A DNA stretch of 64,000 bases from an uncultured Actinomycetes bacterium (GCA_963706025.1 CAVPLM010000014.1:32001-96000); one strand, 5' to 3'; shown: positions 8,545-18,655, counted from the first letter of the stretch. Notes: generated from the letters alone by a model not told the origin. Numbers and translations are program-made.

Positions 8545-10053
8545 ATGAACTTGGATAGCAGCGCCGCTGCGGACGGCGGCCCAGCAGCCCCCAGAGAGGA
8601 CGGACTGACCGAGCTGCAGCGGCGGCGGTGGTACGCGCTCATCGTGGTCTCGATCGGGGCTTTCATGACCCCGTTCGATGCCAGCATCGTGGCGGTGGCC
8701 CTGCCGGCCATGGGGGCCGATCTCCAGCTCAGCTATTCGCAGGGCCTGTGGGCGCAGGCCGCCTATCTTCTTGTCACAAGCGTGCTTCTCATCCCCGCCG
8801 GTCGGTTGGCCGATTCGCGGGGGCTGGTGCGCTTCTACCTTCTGGGGACGGCCATCTTCGGGCTGGGGTCGGTCGTGGCCGCCTTTTCGCCGAGCGGCAC
8901 CATCATGATCCTCGCGCGTTGCATCCAGGGAGTGGGGGGCGCCTTCATGTTCGCTACCTCGGTAGCTATCGTGACGGCTGCGTTTCCGGTGCGCGAGCGG
9001 GGCAAGGCTCTGGGGCTGAATACGATGGCCACCTATCTGGGGCTGACCTTGGGGCCCGTCCTCGGCGGGCTGATCGTGACCTACGCCGATTGGCGCTGGA
9101 TCTTCTTCATCAACGTGCCCATCGCAGCGGCGACCCTGGTGGCGGGTTGGAGCCTCATCGGGATCGAGCGGCGCGATCGCCTGGCCGGCGACATCTCCGG
9201 GCCTTCCCGTCGTATCGACTTTGCCGGCGCCCTCCTCCTGGGTGGAGCACTGGTGGCCCTCTTCGTACCTTTGACCTTCTCGCCCTTGTGGGGATGGTCC
9301 AGTGCCAGGACCATCGGCCCGCTGGCCGTTGCCGTGCTCCTGTTCGCGGCATTTGTGTTAGTGGAGGATCGCGTCCGCGAGCCCATGCTCGACCTGGATC
9401 TTCTCCGCAAGAATCGTGTCTTTCGAGGGGCGAATACTGCGGCGCTCATCAACTACATGGCCGTCTTCGGCGTTAGCACCCTTACAGCGGTGTTCCTGCA
9501 GATCGTCCAAGGTCTCTCTGCCAAGCAGGCCGGTCTGGTATTGCTCGCGCAGCCGGTGCTGATGGCCGTTCTCTCGCCGTTCACGGGGCGCCTCTCCGAC
9601 CGAGTGGGCTCCCGTGTTCTGGCCACTTTTGGGATGGTCCTGGTAGCGGGAGGCATGCTGCAGCTCTCGTTCGTCTCCACCTCCACAGGACCGGTGCTTC
9701 TTGCGTTGGGCACTATGGGGTTAGGGATGGCCTTCTTCAGCGCGCCCAACATCTCGGCGATCATGGGCTCTGTCGATCGCTCCCAGTTGAGCCTGGCTTC
9801 CGGCTTCCTCAGTACCATGCGTTTCACGGGACAGGGGATTTCCATGGCGGTTCTTGGGGCGATCGCCGCCTGGAAACTGGGCGCTGAGGGTGCAAGGATC
9901 ATCTTCCTGGGCGATACGGGGAGCGCCGCCAGTGCCGCGGCCTTCGCCGATGGCTATCAGCTGGCCATGCTGGTAGGGGCGGTGCTGGCGGCGGTGGGGG
10001 CGGCCATCTCCTGGACGGCGCGACCCGAGAGACGCCGCGGGCCCTCCGGGTAG
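8545..10053 (+). CDS. MFS transporter, DHA2/EmrB-QacA type (14 TM)
   Basis: DASIVAVALP, GRLAD..G, ARCIQGVGGA, GPVLGG, WRWIFFINVP; TGnTATAGT 6 nt before ATG (leaderless-like). Confidence 0.93.
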   Translation: MNLDSSAAADGGPAAPREDGLTELQRRRWYALIVVSIGAFMTPFDASIVAVALPAMGADLQLSYSQGLWAQAAYLLVTSVLLIPAGRLADSRGLVRFYLLGTAIFGLGSVVAAFSPSGTIMILARCIQGVGGAFMFATSVAIVTAAFPVRERGKALGLNTMATYLGLTLGPVLGGLIVTYADWRWIFFINVPIAAATLVAGWSLIGIERRDRLAGDISGPSRRIDFAGALLLGGALVALFVPLTFSPLWGWSSARTIGPLAVAVLLFAAFVLVEDRVREPMLDLDLLRKNRVFRGANTAALINYMAVFGVSTLTAVFLQIVQGLSAKQAGLVLLAQPVLMAVLSPFTGRLSDRVGSRVLATFGMVLVAGGMLQLSFVSTSTGPVLLALGTMGLGMAFFSAPNISAIMGSVDRSQLSLASGFLSTMRFTGQGISMAVLGAIAAWKLGAEGARIIFLGDTGSAASAAAFADGYQLAMLVGAVLAAVGAAISWTARPERRRGPSG

Positions 10054-10093
10054 GGGAGGGCCCGCGGCGACCTGCTGGGGGGGAGGGGCTAGG

Positions 10094-11783
10094 CTAAGCC
10101 TTCCGCGGGATCACCGGGAGCGCCACGTGGGAGGGGTGCTTTCCATCGCGGTAGAACTTGTGCAGGGTCGTCCTGCTCTTGCAGACGTGCCACATCACGT
10201 CGTAGGTCTCGATATCGGTGGGTATGTCGATGCTGGAGATCTCCAGCTTGATCTGCTTCCCTGCCCGGAACAGGTGGGACATCGGCCGGAGCTGGACCGT
10301 GTACTCGTTGATCTCGCCGGGTTTGACCGGGATCGCCCTCGGTGTGGTCGTGGGCGATCTCCCAGGGCGTCGTCTTGCTCTCGTCCAGGGTCCGGTGTGA
10401 AGCCTTCAGCCAGCCGGAAGCCAGAGGGTAGATCGCATTGGACCCTTCCTCGCGGATGTCCACCCGGAAGTTGGTGTCGTCGGTGTCGATGGAGGCGTGA
10501 AAGGTGACCCGGGGCGGGCCCGTAACCTGCAGGTCCTCGGGAAGCGGCCGGCTGACGTAGGTGACCCGCTCCCTCTTCTCGGTCACGTAAAGCGGTCCCT
10601 GCACGAACGCGTCCGGCTCGTCGTTGTAGTAGTCCGGTTCGGGAAGCAGTTGCCCGAGACTGTTCAGGTACAGCTTCGTCCACACTGTGCTCTCGAGCGG
10701 CCACTCGTTCGCCGTGGCCCATTTCTCGGCCACGGTGGTGTGGTAGCGGATGGGGGCTTCGTCCATGATGCCGGTGTCGATGCCCTTGAGCCAGTAGTCG
10801 TACCAGCGCAGGATCTCGTCGTGGTGCGCCCTCCACGGACGGGTGCCCATGTCGGTGTAGAGAAGCATCTTCTTCGGGACGTCGATGCAGTTGAAGACGT
10901 TGATCTGCGGCTGCGAGAAGAAGCTGAACAGGGGTCCGCCCACGTACGTCGGCACCTTGATCCTATCGAGCCGCTCGGAGACCGAGCGTTCCCGATAGTA
11001 GGGGCCATCGAGCTTGTTCAGCATGAAATCGAACAGGACCGGGTTCTTGTCCGGGTACTTCAAGAGGTGGTGGAGATAGGGATACTGCCGTAGGTCGGGA
11101 TCGGCCAGCGCTTCCTCCACGATCTTGGCCAACTCCTCCTTGGGCGTGTTCTTGATCATCGCCGAGACGGTGTTCTTGATGGCATATCCGCAGCGCGCCG
11201 GATAGGTCCCGGTGTAGAGGCCGTACAGGAAGATGTTGAGGACGCCGCCCTCGTACTGGCCGTGGTTGTAGAGGTCGTCCCCGAAGATCTCCCAGGGGGC
11301 GATGCACTTCAGATGGGGCGGCTGCTCGGCCGCGATGTGGAGCTGCATGGAGGCGAAGTAGCAGATGCCGGCCCCGCCGACGTTCCCGTCACACCAGGGT
11401 TGCGCCGCCAACCACTCCACGATATCGGCGCCGTCTTCGCCCTCGTGATGGGAGAAGAGGCCCTCGTATTCGCCCTCCGAGTAGCCGGTGCCCCGCAGGT
11501 CGGCGATAGCGTACACGTAGCCGCGGGCGGTGTAGTAGCACGGGTCGCCCGACTCGAGGGAGGCCTCGAATATCGACTTGCCGAAGGGCTGGGGAGGGGA
11601 GTCGCACGTCTGCGCGTCTTTGCCGTAGGGGGAGATGGCGAGCAAAGCCGGGAACTTGCCCGGCGCGTCGGGACGGTAGACGTCCACCGCCAGCCGGACC
11701 CCATCACGGGCCGTGACGTACACGTCCTTTTCGGCGATCATTCCGTAGACCGGCTGTGAGCCGGCCTTTTCTGGACTGGCCAT
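10094..11783 (-). CDS. CocE/NonD family alpha/beta hydrolase; frameshift near 10335
   Basis: RDGVRLAVDVYRP, SPYGK, DLRGTGYSEG, WLAAQPWCDGNVG, LRWYDYWLKG, C-terminal SHLFRAG..IKLEISS. Confidence 0.88.
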
Positions 11784-11826
11784 GCGTCCTCCTCAAGGTT
11801 CGAATTAGGTGAACCCCGCCGTTTTC

Positions 11827-11846
11827 TTGAGTGAGCGCTTGCTCAA
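11827..11846. promoter_or_regulatory. putative TetR operator
   Basis: Imperfect palindrome TTGAGTGAGCGCTTGCTCAA between the divergent cocE-like and tetR genes. Confidence 0.6.
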
Positions 11847-11915
11847 CAAGAAATCCTATCCTAGAATGGGGTGGCTTGTCAACGGATCGTGGCGGGTGAA
11901 GCGAAGGGAGCGAGC

Positions 11916-12559
11916 TTGTCATCCACAGTCAGGCGCCCGCGCCGATTGCCGGCCGCGGAGAGACGCAAGCAGATCGTGCAGGCCGTCATCGAGGTCGTCG
12001 CGGAGCACGGCGTCCCGGGGGCGACCGTATCCCGGATCGCCACGGCGGCCAACGTGTCCGAAGGCACGCTCTACGTGTATTTCGAGAGCAGAGACGAGAT
12101 GCTCATGGCGGCGCTCGACTCCATCTTCGTCGAGATGTCCGGCCTGATAGATTCCTCCGAAGAGACGGATGCCCTCGAGCGTCTGCGGGACATCGGCCGG
12201 CGTCACTCCGAGCTGATGAAGACGGAGCGCGGGGGCTTCGCTCTTCCCTGGGTGGAGTTCATCGCCGCCGGACCCCAAGTGGGGCTCCGGGAGGCGGTCG
12301 CCCAGACGCAGACAAGGGCCTTCGGAAAGATGCTGGCGATCGTGGAGCAGGGCCAGGCCAGGGGACGATCCGGCGCGAGCTGGACGCCAGGCGTCTCACC
12401 TGGGAGTGGTACACGGTGGTGTGGGCCGAGAACATGAGCTGTCTCATGGGACTTACCGAGTTCATCGATGATCGTCACTCCGCCTATCTGTTGGATCTGA
12501 TCCTCGAGAACGCGGCGGTCCCGGGGGCCGCCGCGACTCCGGCAAGGTCGCCCGGGTAG
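11916..12559 (+). CDS. TetR/AcrR family regulator; frameshift near 12360
   Basis: RRLPAAERRKQIVQA..ATVSRIATAANVSEGTLYVYFESRDEML HTH; C-terminus GTIRRELD.. in shifted frame to TAG 12559. Confidence 0.85.
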
Positions 12560-12609
12560 TCACTCCCAGGCGGGCGTCCTCGGCGACGACAAGGAGACTG
12601 GAGTAGACC

Positions 12610-13845
12610 ATGGCTTTCGGCAAATACGCGGTCGATTACGAGGAACGAGTCGACTACCCCCGGCTCCGCCGGGAACGGGTGGCGAAGGTCAGGGTCCAGA
12701 TGGAGGCGGACGGCATCGGGGCCATCATCACCTGGGACCCGGACAACATCCGCTACGTCTCCTCCTATTACGTGACCACGCCCATGCGGGCCTCCGAGAT
12801 GCAGGCGGTGTTCATCGCCCGCAACGGTGAGCCGCACCTGATCGGCGGCGGCACTCCCACCGAGACGGCCCGGCGTATGCCCTGGCTGGCCGGCGTCCAG
12901 CCCTCCTACGGCATGCCCCGGCTCTCGGCGCGCGACTCGAGCGATCCCCTGCTCGAGGCCTGGGTCGACGGCGTGGCCAAGCTCATGGCCGACTACGGGG
13001 TGGAGAAGGAGCCCCTGGCCGTGGACGGATCCACCCTCCAGGGACTCTTTTTCGAAGCTTTCTCTCGAAAAGGGATCGTTACCGTCCACGGAAGACCGGT
13101 GATGGACTACGCCCGCATGATCAAGACCGTCGATGAGATCGAGCTCATCAAGATCGCCTGCGCCAATGCCGAACGCGCCCATGCCGCCATCGCCGACGCC
13201 ATCCGCCCGGGGATCCGCGAGTGCGATCTGGTGGGCATCGGCATCAAGGAGCTCTATGCCGAGGGCGCCGACCACACCGAGGACCTGGTCTGCATGAGCG
13301 GCGAGAACACCAACCCCTACGGTTGGACCTTCACCGACCGTATGATCCGCCCAGGCGACCTGGTCTACGTGGACGTGGATGGCGCCTCCTACCAGGGTTA
13401 CAAGACCTGCATCTATCGCACCTTCTGCTGTGGCAAGGCGAGCGAGGAGCAGAAGGAGCTCTTCGCCGAGGCCAAGGAGATGCTCCTTGCCGGGATGAGC
13501 GTCGTCAAAGACGGCGCCACCGATCACGACGTCTTGGCCCAGTGGCCCGACTCGCCCGCCTACTGGGGCTACGAGACCTGGGGGGATGTCAACCCCTACG
13601 CCTGCGGTCACGGCATCGGCCTGACCCTGCACGACCGGCCGATGATCTTCTACACGCATCGGGCGCTGGGCATCCCCCCGCACACCCTCAAGGCGGGGAT
13701 GGTGATGGCATTCGAGACGTACACGGGCAAGAAGGGCGGCCGACAAGGGGTGCGCATCGAGGACATGGTGCTGGTGACCGAGACCGGCTACGAGCTGCTC
13801 TCCCTGTTCCCGCAAGAGCTGATCGAGTGCTGGTTGCCATATTGA
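12610..13845 (+). CDS. M24 (Xaa-Pro peptidase/creatinase-like) family metalloenzyme
   Basis: Creatinase N-domain (DNIRY), ARMIKTVDEI, GHGIGL, AFETY, GVRIEDMVLVT. Confidence 0.9.
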   Translation: MAFGKYAVDYEERVDYPRLRRERVAKVRVQMEADGIGAIITWDPDNIRYVSSYYVTTPMRASEMQAVFIARNGEPHLIGGGTPTETARRMPWLAGVQPSYGMPRLSARDSSDPLLEAWVDGVAKLMADYGVEKEPLAVDGSTLQGLFFEAFSRKGIVTVHGRPVMDYARMIKTVDEIELIKIACANAERAHAAIADAIRPGIRECDLVGIGIKELYAEGADHTEDLVCMSGENTNPYGWTFTDRMIRPGDLVYVDVDGASYQGYKTCIYRTFCCGKASEEQKELFAEAKEMLLAGMSVVKDGATDHDVLAQWPDSPAYWGYETWGDVNPYACGHGIGLTLHDRPMIFYTHRALGIPPHTLKAGMVMAFETYTGKKGGRQGVRIEDMVLVTETGYELLSLFPQELIECWLPY

Positions 13846-13859
13846 GCGCCGACGCGCCC

Positions 13860-14981
13860 ATGGAGGGCAAGGCCGCGGGCGCCAGGGGCGCAGCGGCTGT
13901 GGCCGCCGCGACCGTCGGCGGGGACCTCGCCCCTGGGACTGCGGCGGGGCCACCCATCAGCGAGACCACCGCGAGCGTCGCAGCTGCCGCGGGGTCCGGC
14001 GCAGCCGGCGGGGCGACCGTCCCGAAGCCGGGCGCGCCGAACTACCGATGGGCTGTCGTCGCTCTGTTCTTCCTAGCCCTCATCTGGGGCTACGCCTGGG
14101 TGGTCATGAAGATCGCCCTCGACTACGCGGAGCCCTTCACTTTCGCGGCCATGCGTACCTTCTTCGGCGCCGTCGCGCTCTTCATGGTGATGCCGCTGTT
14201 GCGTCGCCCCGTGCGGCCAAAGGCAATCCGGCTGACGGCCTTACTGGGCGTCATGCAGACGACCGGGTTCGTCGGGCTGCTCACCCTGGCGCTCGTGAAC
14301 GGGGGCGCCGGCAAGACCTCCATCCTCACCTACACCATGCCTTTCTGGCTGCTACTCATGGCCTGGGTCTTCCTGGCGGAGAGGCTCAGGGGATTCCAGT
14401 GGGTCGCGGTCGGCTTGGCCCTCTGCGGGATGATCCTGCTCTTGACGCCCTGGCGCTTCGAAGGAGGGTGGAGCGGGGTCATGGCGGTCGGAGGCGCGCT
14501 GTTCTGGGCGGGAAGCGCCATCGTGGCCAAGATCCTGCGGAAGCGCCACGAGGTCGACCTATTCTCCATGACCGCGTGGCAGATGCTCCTGGGCTCGCTG
14601 CTCTTGATCGTGTTTGCCGCCATCGCCTGGTCCGGCCCGCCGGTATGGACGGGCACCTTCATCGCCGCTCTGGTCTACGTTGTGATCCTCGGGAACACGG
14701 TGGCCTGGCTCCTCTGGCTCTACATCCTTCATGCGCTGCCGGCAGGAACCGCGGGCCTGGGCACTCTCCTGACCCCGGTGATCGGGATCGTCGCTGCCTG
14801 GATCCAATTGGGCGAACGGCCGACCTTGAGCGAAGGATTGGGGATGATCGCCATCGTGAGCGCCCTCCTCCTCACCGTGCTGTGGGAGATCATGAGCGCG
14901 CGGAAGCGGAGAGCGGCCACCTACCAAGGACTCGACCCCGGTGAGACCCCAAGCGGGAGCCCGAGTGGGGGTTCGACGTGA
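13860..14981 (+). CDS. DMT/EamA family transporter with Ala-rich N-terminal extension (alternative TTG start at 13842)
   Basis: IWGYAWVVMK, FAAMR, YTMPFW, FLAERL, LGERP; about 10 TM. Confidence 0.88.
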   Translation: MEGKAAGARGAAAVAAATVGGDLAPGTAAGPPISETTASVAAAAGSGAAGGATVPKPGAPNYRWAVVALFFLALIWGYAWVVMKIALDYAEPFTFAAMRTFFGAVALFMVMPLLRRPVRPKAIRLTALLGVMQTTGFVGLLTLALVNGGAGKTSILTYTMPFWLLLMAWVFLAERLRGFQWVAVGLALCGMILLLTPWRFEGGWSGVMAVGGALFWAGSAIVAKILRKRHEVDLFSMTAWQMLLGSLLLIVFAAIAWSGPPVWTGTFIAALVYVVILGNTVAWLLWLYILHALPAGTAGLGTLLTPVIGIVAAWIQLGERPTLSEGLGMIAIVSALLLTVLWEIMSARKRRAATYQGLDPGETPSGSPSGGST

Positions 14982-15856
14982 GGTATCTCGGCCAAGTGAT
15001 CCGGCCCCCCAGCGAAGCTGACAGCCTCATCCTGCAGGTCATGTATGGGTGCTCGCACGGGGAGTGCGCCTTCTGTGGGTCCTATCTGGGCAAGCCGTTC
15101 CGGGTTCGACCCTTCGCCGAGGTCAAGGACGACCTGCGGCAGCTGCCGGCCGGCGTCAAGAACACGATCGAAAGGGCGTTCCTCTGCGACGGGGACGCGC
15201 TCGCCATACCCAGCCGCAGGATGATGGAAGTGCTCGATCTTCTTGGTGTCGAATTGCCACATCTTTCGCGGGTCAGCGCCTATGCCAACGCCCATTCGCT
15301 CCTGCGCATCCCGGAGGACGAACTGCGCGAGATCCGCGCCCATGGATTGGAGCTGCTCTATGTGGGGCTCGAATCCGGCGACGAGGCCACCCTGGCCCAG
15401 ATCGGAAAGGGAGTGACGGTCGCCCAACAGGTCGAAGCCTTCCGCAAGGCCAAGAGAGCCGGTTTCCGGCTGTCGGTCACCGCCATCCTGGGGCTGGCCG
15501 GCGTGGAGCGGTCCTTTGTCCACGCCCGGGGCACGGGCGAGGCTCTCTCGGCCATCGACCCCGACTATATCGGGATCCTGACGCTCATGCTGGAGCCAGG
15601 GACGCGGTTCTACGACTCCGTGCAACGGGGCGATTTCGTCGTGCCGGGACCACTGCAGTTACTCCTGGAGCTGCGCGAGATGATCGACGCGTGCGTCGTG
15701 ACCCATGCGGTCTTCCGCACGAACCACGCCTCCAACTACCTTGCCCTGCGGGGGACCCTCCCCGAGGACAAAGCCAGCCTACTTAGGCTGCTCGACGACG
15801 TCCTCGCCGCCCCGGAGAGGGCCCGGCTCAAACCGGAGCACCTCAGAGAGCTGTGA
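14978..15856 (+). CDS. radical SAM protein ('RPPSEA' family)
   Basis: IRPPSEADSLILQV..GCSHGECAFC, FLCDGDAL, YVGLESG, FRTNHASNYL; GTGA overlap with EamA gene. Confidence 0.88.
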   Translation: MRYLGQVIRPPSEADSLILQVMYGCSHGECAFCGSYLGKPFRVRPFAEVKDDLRQLPAGVKNTIERAFLCDGDALAIPSRRMMEVLDLLGVELPHLSRVSAYANAHSLLRIPEDELREIRAHGLELLYVGLESGDEATLAQIGKGVTVAQQVEAFRKAKRAGFRLSVTAILGLAGVERSFVHARGTGEALSAIDPDYIGILTLMLEPGTRFYDSVQRGDFVVPGPLQLLLELREMIDACVVTHAVFRTNHASNYLALRGTLPEDKASLLRLLDDVLAAPERARLKPEHLREL

Positions 15857-15884
15857 GGCGCGCCGCCTTTCGGCGGCGCGCCTC
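15855..15884. terminator. bidirectional terminator-like hairpin between converging genes
   Basis: Perfect 13 bp stem GAGGCGCGCCGCC-TTTC-GGCGGCGCGCCTC. Confidence 0.6.
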
Positions 15885-15918
15885 CACTCGGTGAGTCCAA
15901 CCAGTGGACAATACCGTC

Positions 15919-16920
15919 TCACTCGCCCGGCGCAGGCCCCTCGGGTGAGATCTCCGGCAAGCCCTCGAGTCCCTGCCCGAGTCCCTGGATCGAGCCGCTC
16001 GGCAACTTCTCGAGCCCATCGGCTATCTTCTGGAGTTCATCGACCGGGAGGTTGGAGAGCATCTCTACGCGGGTTCCGGCGACGTCCCAGGTCAGCTTGT
16101 TGGCATTCTCGTAGGCGACCGGATCGGGTGTCTGCTGCTGGCCCGGCCCCGGGGGTGTTTGCACCTCGCCGACCAGACCGGTGTTCAGCACAGCGGGCTG
16201 GCCCTTGACCGTGGCCGGTGTGCCGTCCGGGAGAGCCTGGCCGGGGGCGACCTCCGCCGTTGTGATGTAGAGGAAGCTGTCACCCTTGTGGAAGAGGGAC
16301 TCAGCTCGTGGCACGGCGCCCGGCTCTGCCGAAACAGCAGCGCCTTGATAGACGGTGTCGGGGCCGATGGCCTCAGGCACGTAGTCCAGCCGGAACCCCA
16401 AGATGAAGGTTCCTTCGGGCAGGGGCTGCGGTGTGTCAAACTGCGCCGACCCCGTCGAGGCCGTCACGCCGAATATGCCGCCAAAGAACTCGCCGGCCGA
16501 TGCCCGGGCGGAGGGAACGGACGCTACGATGATCGCCGCGATGACGATGGCGCCTGCGATACCGGAGGCGATTCTCCATCGGGTTTTCATTCTTATGACT
16601 CCTTTGTGCTGGGAAGCTGTGGTCGGGCCTCGCTTCGGCACGGAACGCTTGGGCCATGCCGAGAGCCGGGAAGACGGGGTGCGCGCTTGCTCCGTCAACC
16701 TAGCCTGCAGGCGGGTGAAGGCCTGCGGCGAGGGGGCTGCCTGGGCAGCCTGGGTCCTCAGGGACTCGTTCAGCCGGCTCCGGGTGGAGCGCAGGGCGGA
16801 CAGGTCCCTTTCGCACAAGGCGCATCCGGCCAGATGAGCCTCGATCATGGTCTGCTCCGAGGGGATGACCTCGCGGTCCAGGTAGGCGACAAAAAGTCGG
16901 TGCACTTCGCGGCAGTTCAT
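15919..16920 (-). CDS. zinc-finger (zf-HC2) transmembrane anti-sigma factor
   Basis: MNC..AYLDRE..EAHLAGCALC (HxxxCxxC), central TM, extracytoplasmic C-domain; ATGA overlap with sigma gene. Confidence 0.88.
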   Translation of the reverse strand: MNCREVHRLFVAYLDREVIPSEQTMIEAHLAGCALCERDLSALRSTRSRLNESLRTQAAQAAPSPQAFTRLQARLTEQARTPSSRLSAWPKRSVPKRGPTTASQHKGVIRMKTRWRIASGIAGAIVIAAIIVASVPSARASAGEFFGGIFGVTASTGSAQFDTPQPLPEGTFILGFRLDYVPEAIGPDTVYQGAAVSAEPGAVPRAESLFHKGDSFLYITTAEVAPGQALPDGTPATVKGQPAVLNTGLVGEVQTPPGPGQQQTPDPVAYENANKLTWDVAGTRVEMLSNLPVDELQKIADGLEKLPSGSIQGLGQGLEGLPEISPEGPAPGE

Positions 16921-17477
16921 CTCTGGACCTCCGTGACGGAGCGGGCGTGATATGGATAGTCGGCTTTCAGCTCCCCATGCAAGGTGCGCAGGGCTAGGTT
17001 CAAGCGAGACTTGACGGTTCCGAGAGGAAGATCCAGGATCTCGGCGATCTCAGCGTAAGACAGGTCAGAGTAGTGACGCAGGACTACCACCACGCGTAAC
17101 TTCACGCTCAGGCGGTCGAGCGCCCGCCGCACACAATCGTCGTCGGCATACCGGTCGGGCATGACATCGCGACCACCGGCCCGGGCCTCGGCGGCTTCAT
17201 CCAGGCTATCGACCTTCGGGCGCCGGCGGCGCCAATTCAGGCAACGGTTGACGGTGATCCGGTGGAGCCAGGTGGTGAAGGCGCCCCGGTTGGGGTCGTA
17301 GGTCTCCAGCGAGCGGTGGACTTGGAGAAAGACATCCTGCAGGATGTCCTCGGCGTCGGCGTTGTTGCCGAGTGTGAGGTATGCCGCTCTGTAGACGAGG
17401 TTCTTGTATTCTTCAAAGAGTCGGGCGAAGGCCTCTTCGTCTCCGGCCTGGCAGCGACGTATGAGGACGAGATCCAC
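16917..17477 (-). CDS. ECF RNA polymerase sigma factor (sigma-70 family)
   Basis: GDEEAFARL, DAEDILQDVF, FTTWLHRITVN, LSYAEIAEILDLPLGTVKSRL; GTG 17477 with AAGGAG RBS (ATG 17504 also possible). Confidence 0.92.
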   Translation of the reverse strand: MDLVLIRRCQAGDEEAFARLFEEYKNLVYRAAYLTLGNNADAEDILQDVFLQVHRSLETYDPNRGAFTTWLHRITVNRCLNWRRRRPKVDSLDEAAEARAGGRDVMPDRYADDDCVRRALDRLSVKLRVVVVLRHYSDLSYAEIAEILDLPLGTVKSRLNLALRTLHGELKADYPYHARSVTEVQR

Positions 17478-17510
17478 CCCGGCTCCTTCTCGAGTACCTT
17501 CCATCGCCAA

Positions 17511-17539
17511 CAGTACACTGGGGGAGCGGGAAAAGTTCA
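17511..17539 (-). promoter_or_regulatory. putative autoregulatory ECF promoter
   Basis: TGAACTT-N16-GTACT on the minus strand just upstream of the sigma gene. Confidence 0.5.
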
Positions 17540-17646
17540 CTCGAGCGCCGGATCCCGGCGTGGGCGGGTACGAATCCCTAGGCGGCCGAAGTCCGCCCCG
17601 CCATCGTCGCCGCTTCTTGGTCCTTAGGATTCCAAGGCCCAGGCGC

Positions 17647-18507
17647 TCATCGACGGCGACCGTACGAGCCGCGTCCGTGCTCCAACTTGAGCAACCGTCT
17701 GAACGTGCTCGGTCTCATCACCTCGTGCCCGTTGGCCTCGATCAGACCTCGGACCCTGTGGAGCAGGTCGGCGTTCGTGGCCAACTTGGTGCGCTTGACA
17801 TCGAACCACACGTTGTCCTCCAGGCCTACCCGGACGCCCCCTCCCACGGCTATTGCCAGGGAGTTCATCATCAACTGCGTATCACCGACCCCCGCGAGAC
17901 TCCAGTAGGACTCGGGGGGCAGATCGCGGATCATCACACCCACGTGGAGGAGATCGGCCTGGGCACAGGCGATGTTCCCTAGGATCAGGTTGAAGTAGTG
18001 CGGTGGCTGCAGCACTCCCCGGCTGGTCAGATACTTGGCATAGTTGATCATGCCGGCATCGAACGCCTCCAGCTCGGGTAGTATGCCCTTACCCGCCATC
18101 TCCTCAGCGAGTCTGCGGATCATGTCGGGCGAATTGACGCTCGCCTGTTTGTTGAAGTTGACCGAGCTGAGGGTCAGACTCCCCATGTCGGGTTTCTGCT
18201 CCCCCTCGAGCTGGAGACAGTCTGCCCGCTGGCTGAAGCGGCTGTACCGGCGCCCACTCGTGGAGACCCCGATCACCAGGTCTCTGGCGTATGCCCGGAT
18301 GCCTTCGATGATCCTGCCGTAGATCTCCGATTCGTACGTGGGGTCCCCGCTGACCTCGTCTCTGGCGTGGAGATGGACCGTGGTGATGCCGATCTCTGTC
18401 GCGCGGAGCACGTCCTCGACGATCTCGCTCACCGAAAGCGGAGCATGGGGGCTCAGCTTCTTCGTCGGTATCATCCCGGTGGGGGTGAAGTTCACGATGA
18501 TGTCCAC
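17647..18507 (-). CDS. beta-keto acid cleavage enzyme (BKACE/DUF849, Kce-like)
   Basis: NFTPTGMIPTK, VHLHARD, SLTLSSVNF, PELEAFD, VRVGLEDN, ATNADL. Confidence 0.9.
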   Translation of the reverse strand: MDIIVNFTPTGMIPTKKLSPHAPLSVSEIVEDVLRATEIGITTVHLHARDEVSGDPTYESEIYGRIIEGIRAYARDLVIGVSTSGRRYSRFSQRADCLQLEGEQKPDMGSLTLSSVNFNKQASVNSPDMIRRLAEEMAGKGILPELEAFDAGMINYAKYLTSRGVLQPPHYFNLILGNIACAQADLLHVGVMIRDLPPESYWSLAGVGDTQLMMNSLAIAVGGGVRVGLEDNVWFDVKRTKLATNADLLHRVRGLIEANGHEVMRPSTFRRLLKLEHGRGSYGRRR

Positions 18508-18655
18508 AGCGCCGCCTTTTCGTCTATCGACCGGTGTGAAGCCTACGACCGGCCCCACTCTAGCACTATCGCTCCCTCACGGGCGCCGCAGCTTTCGCCG
18601 TGCACTCCTCCCGCCGGCGCTCCGCGAGACGGATCGGACGCCAACGCCTGCCCCA

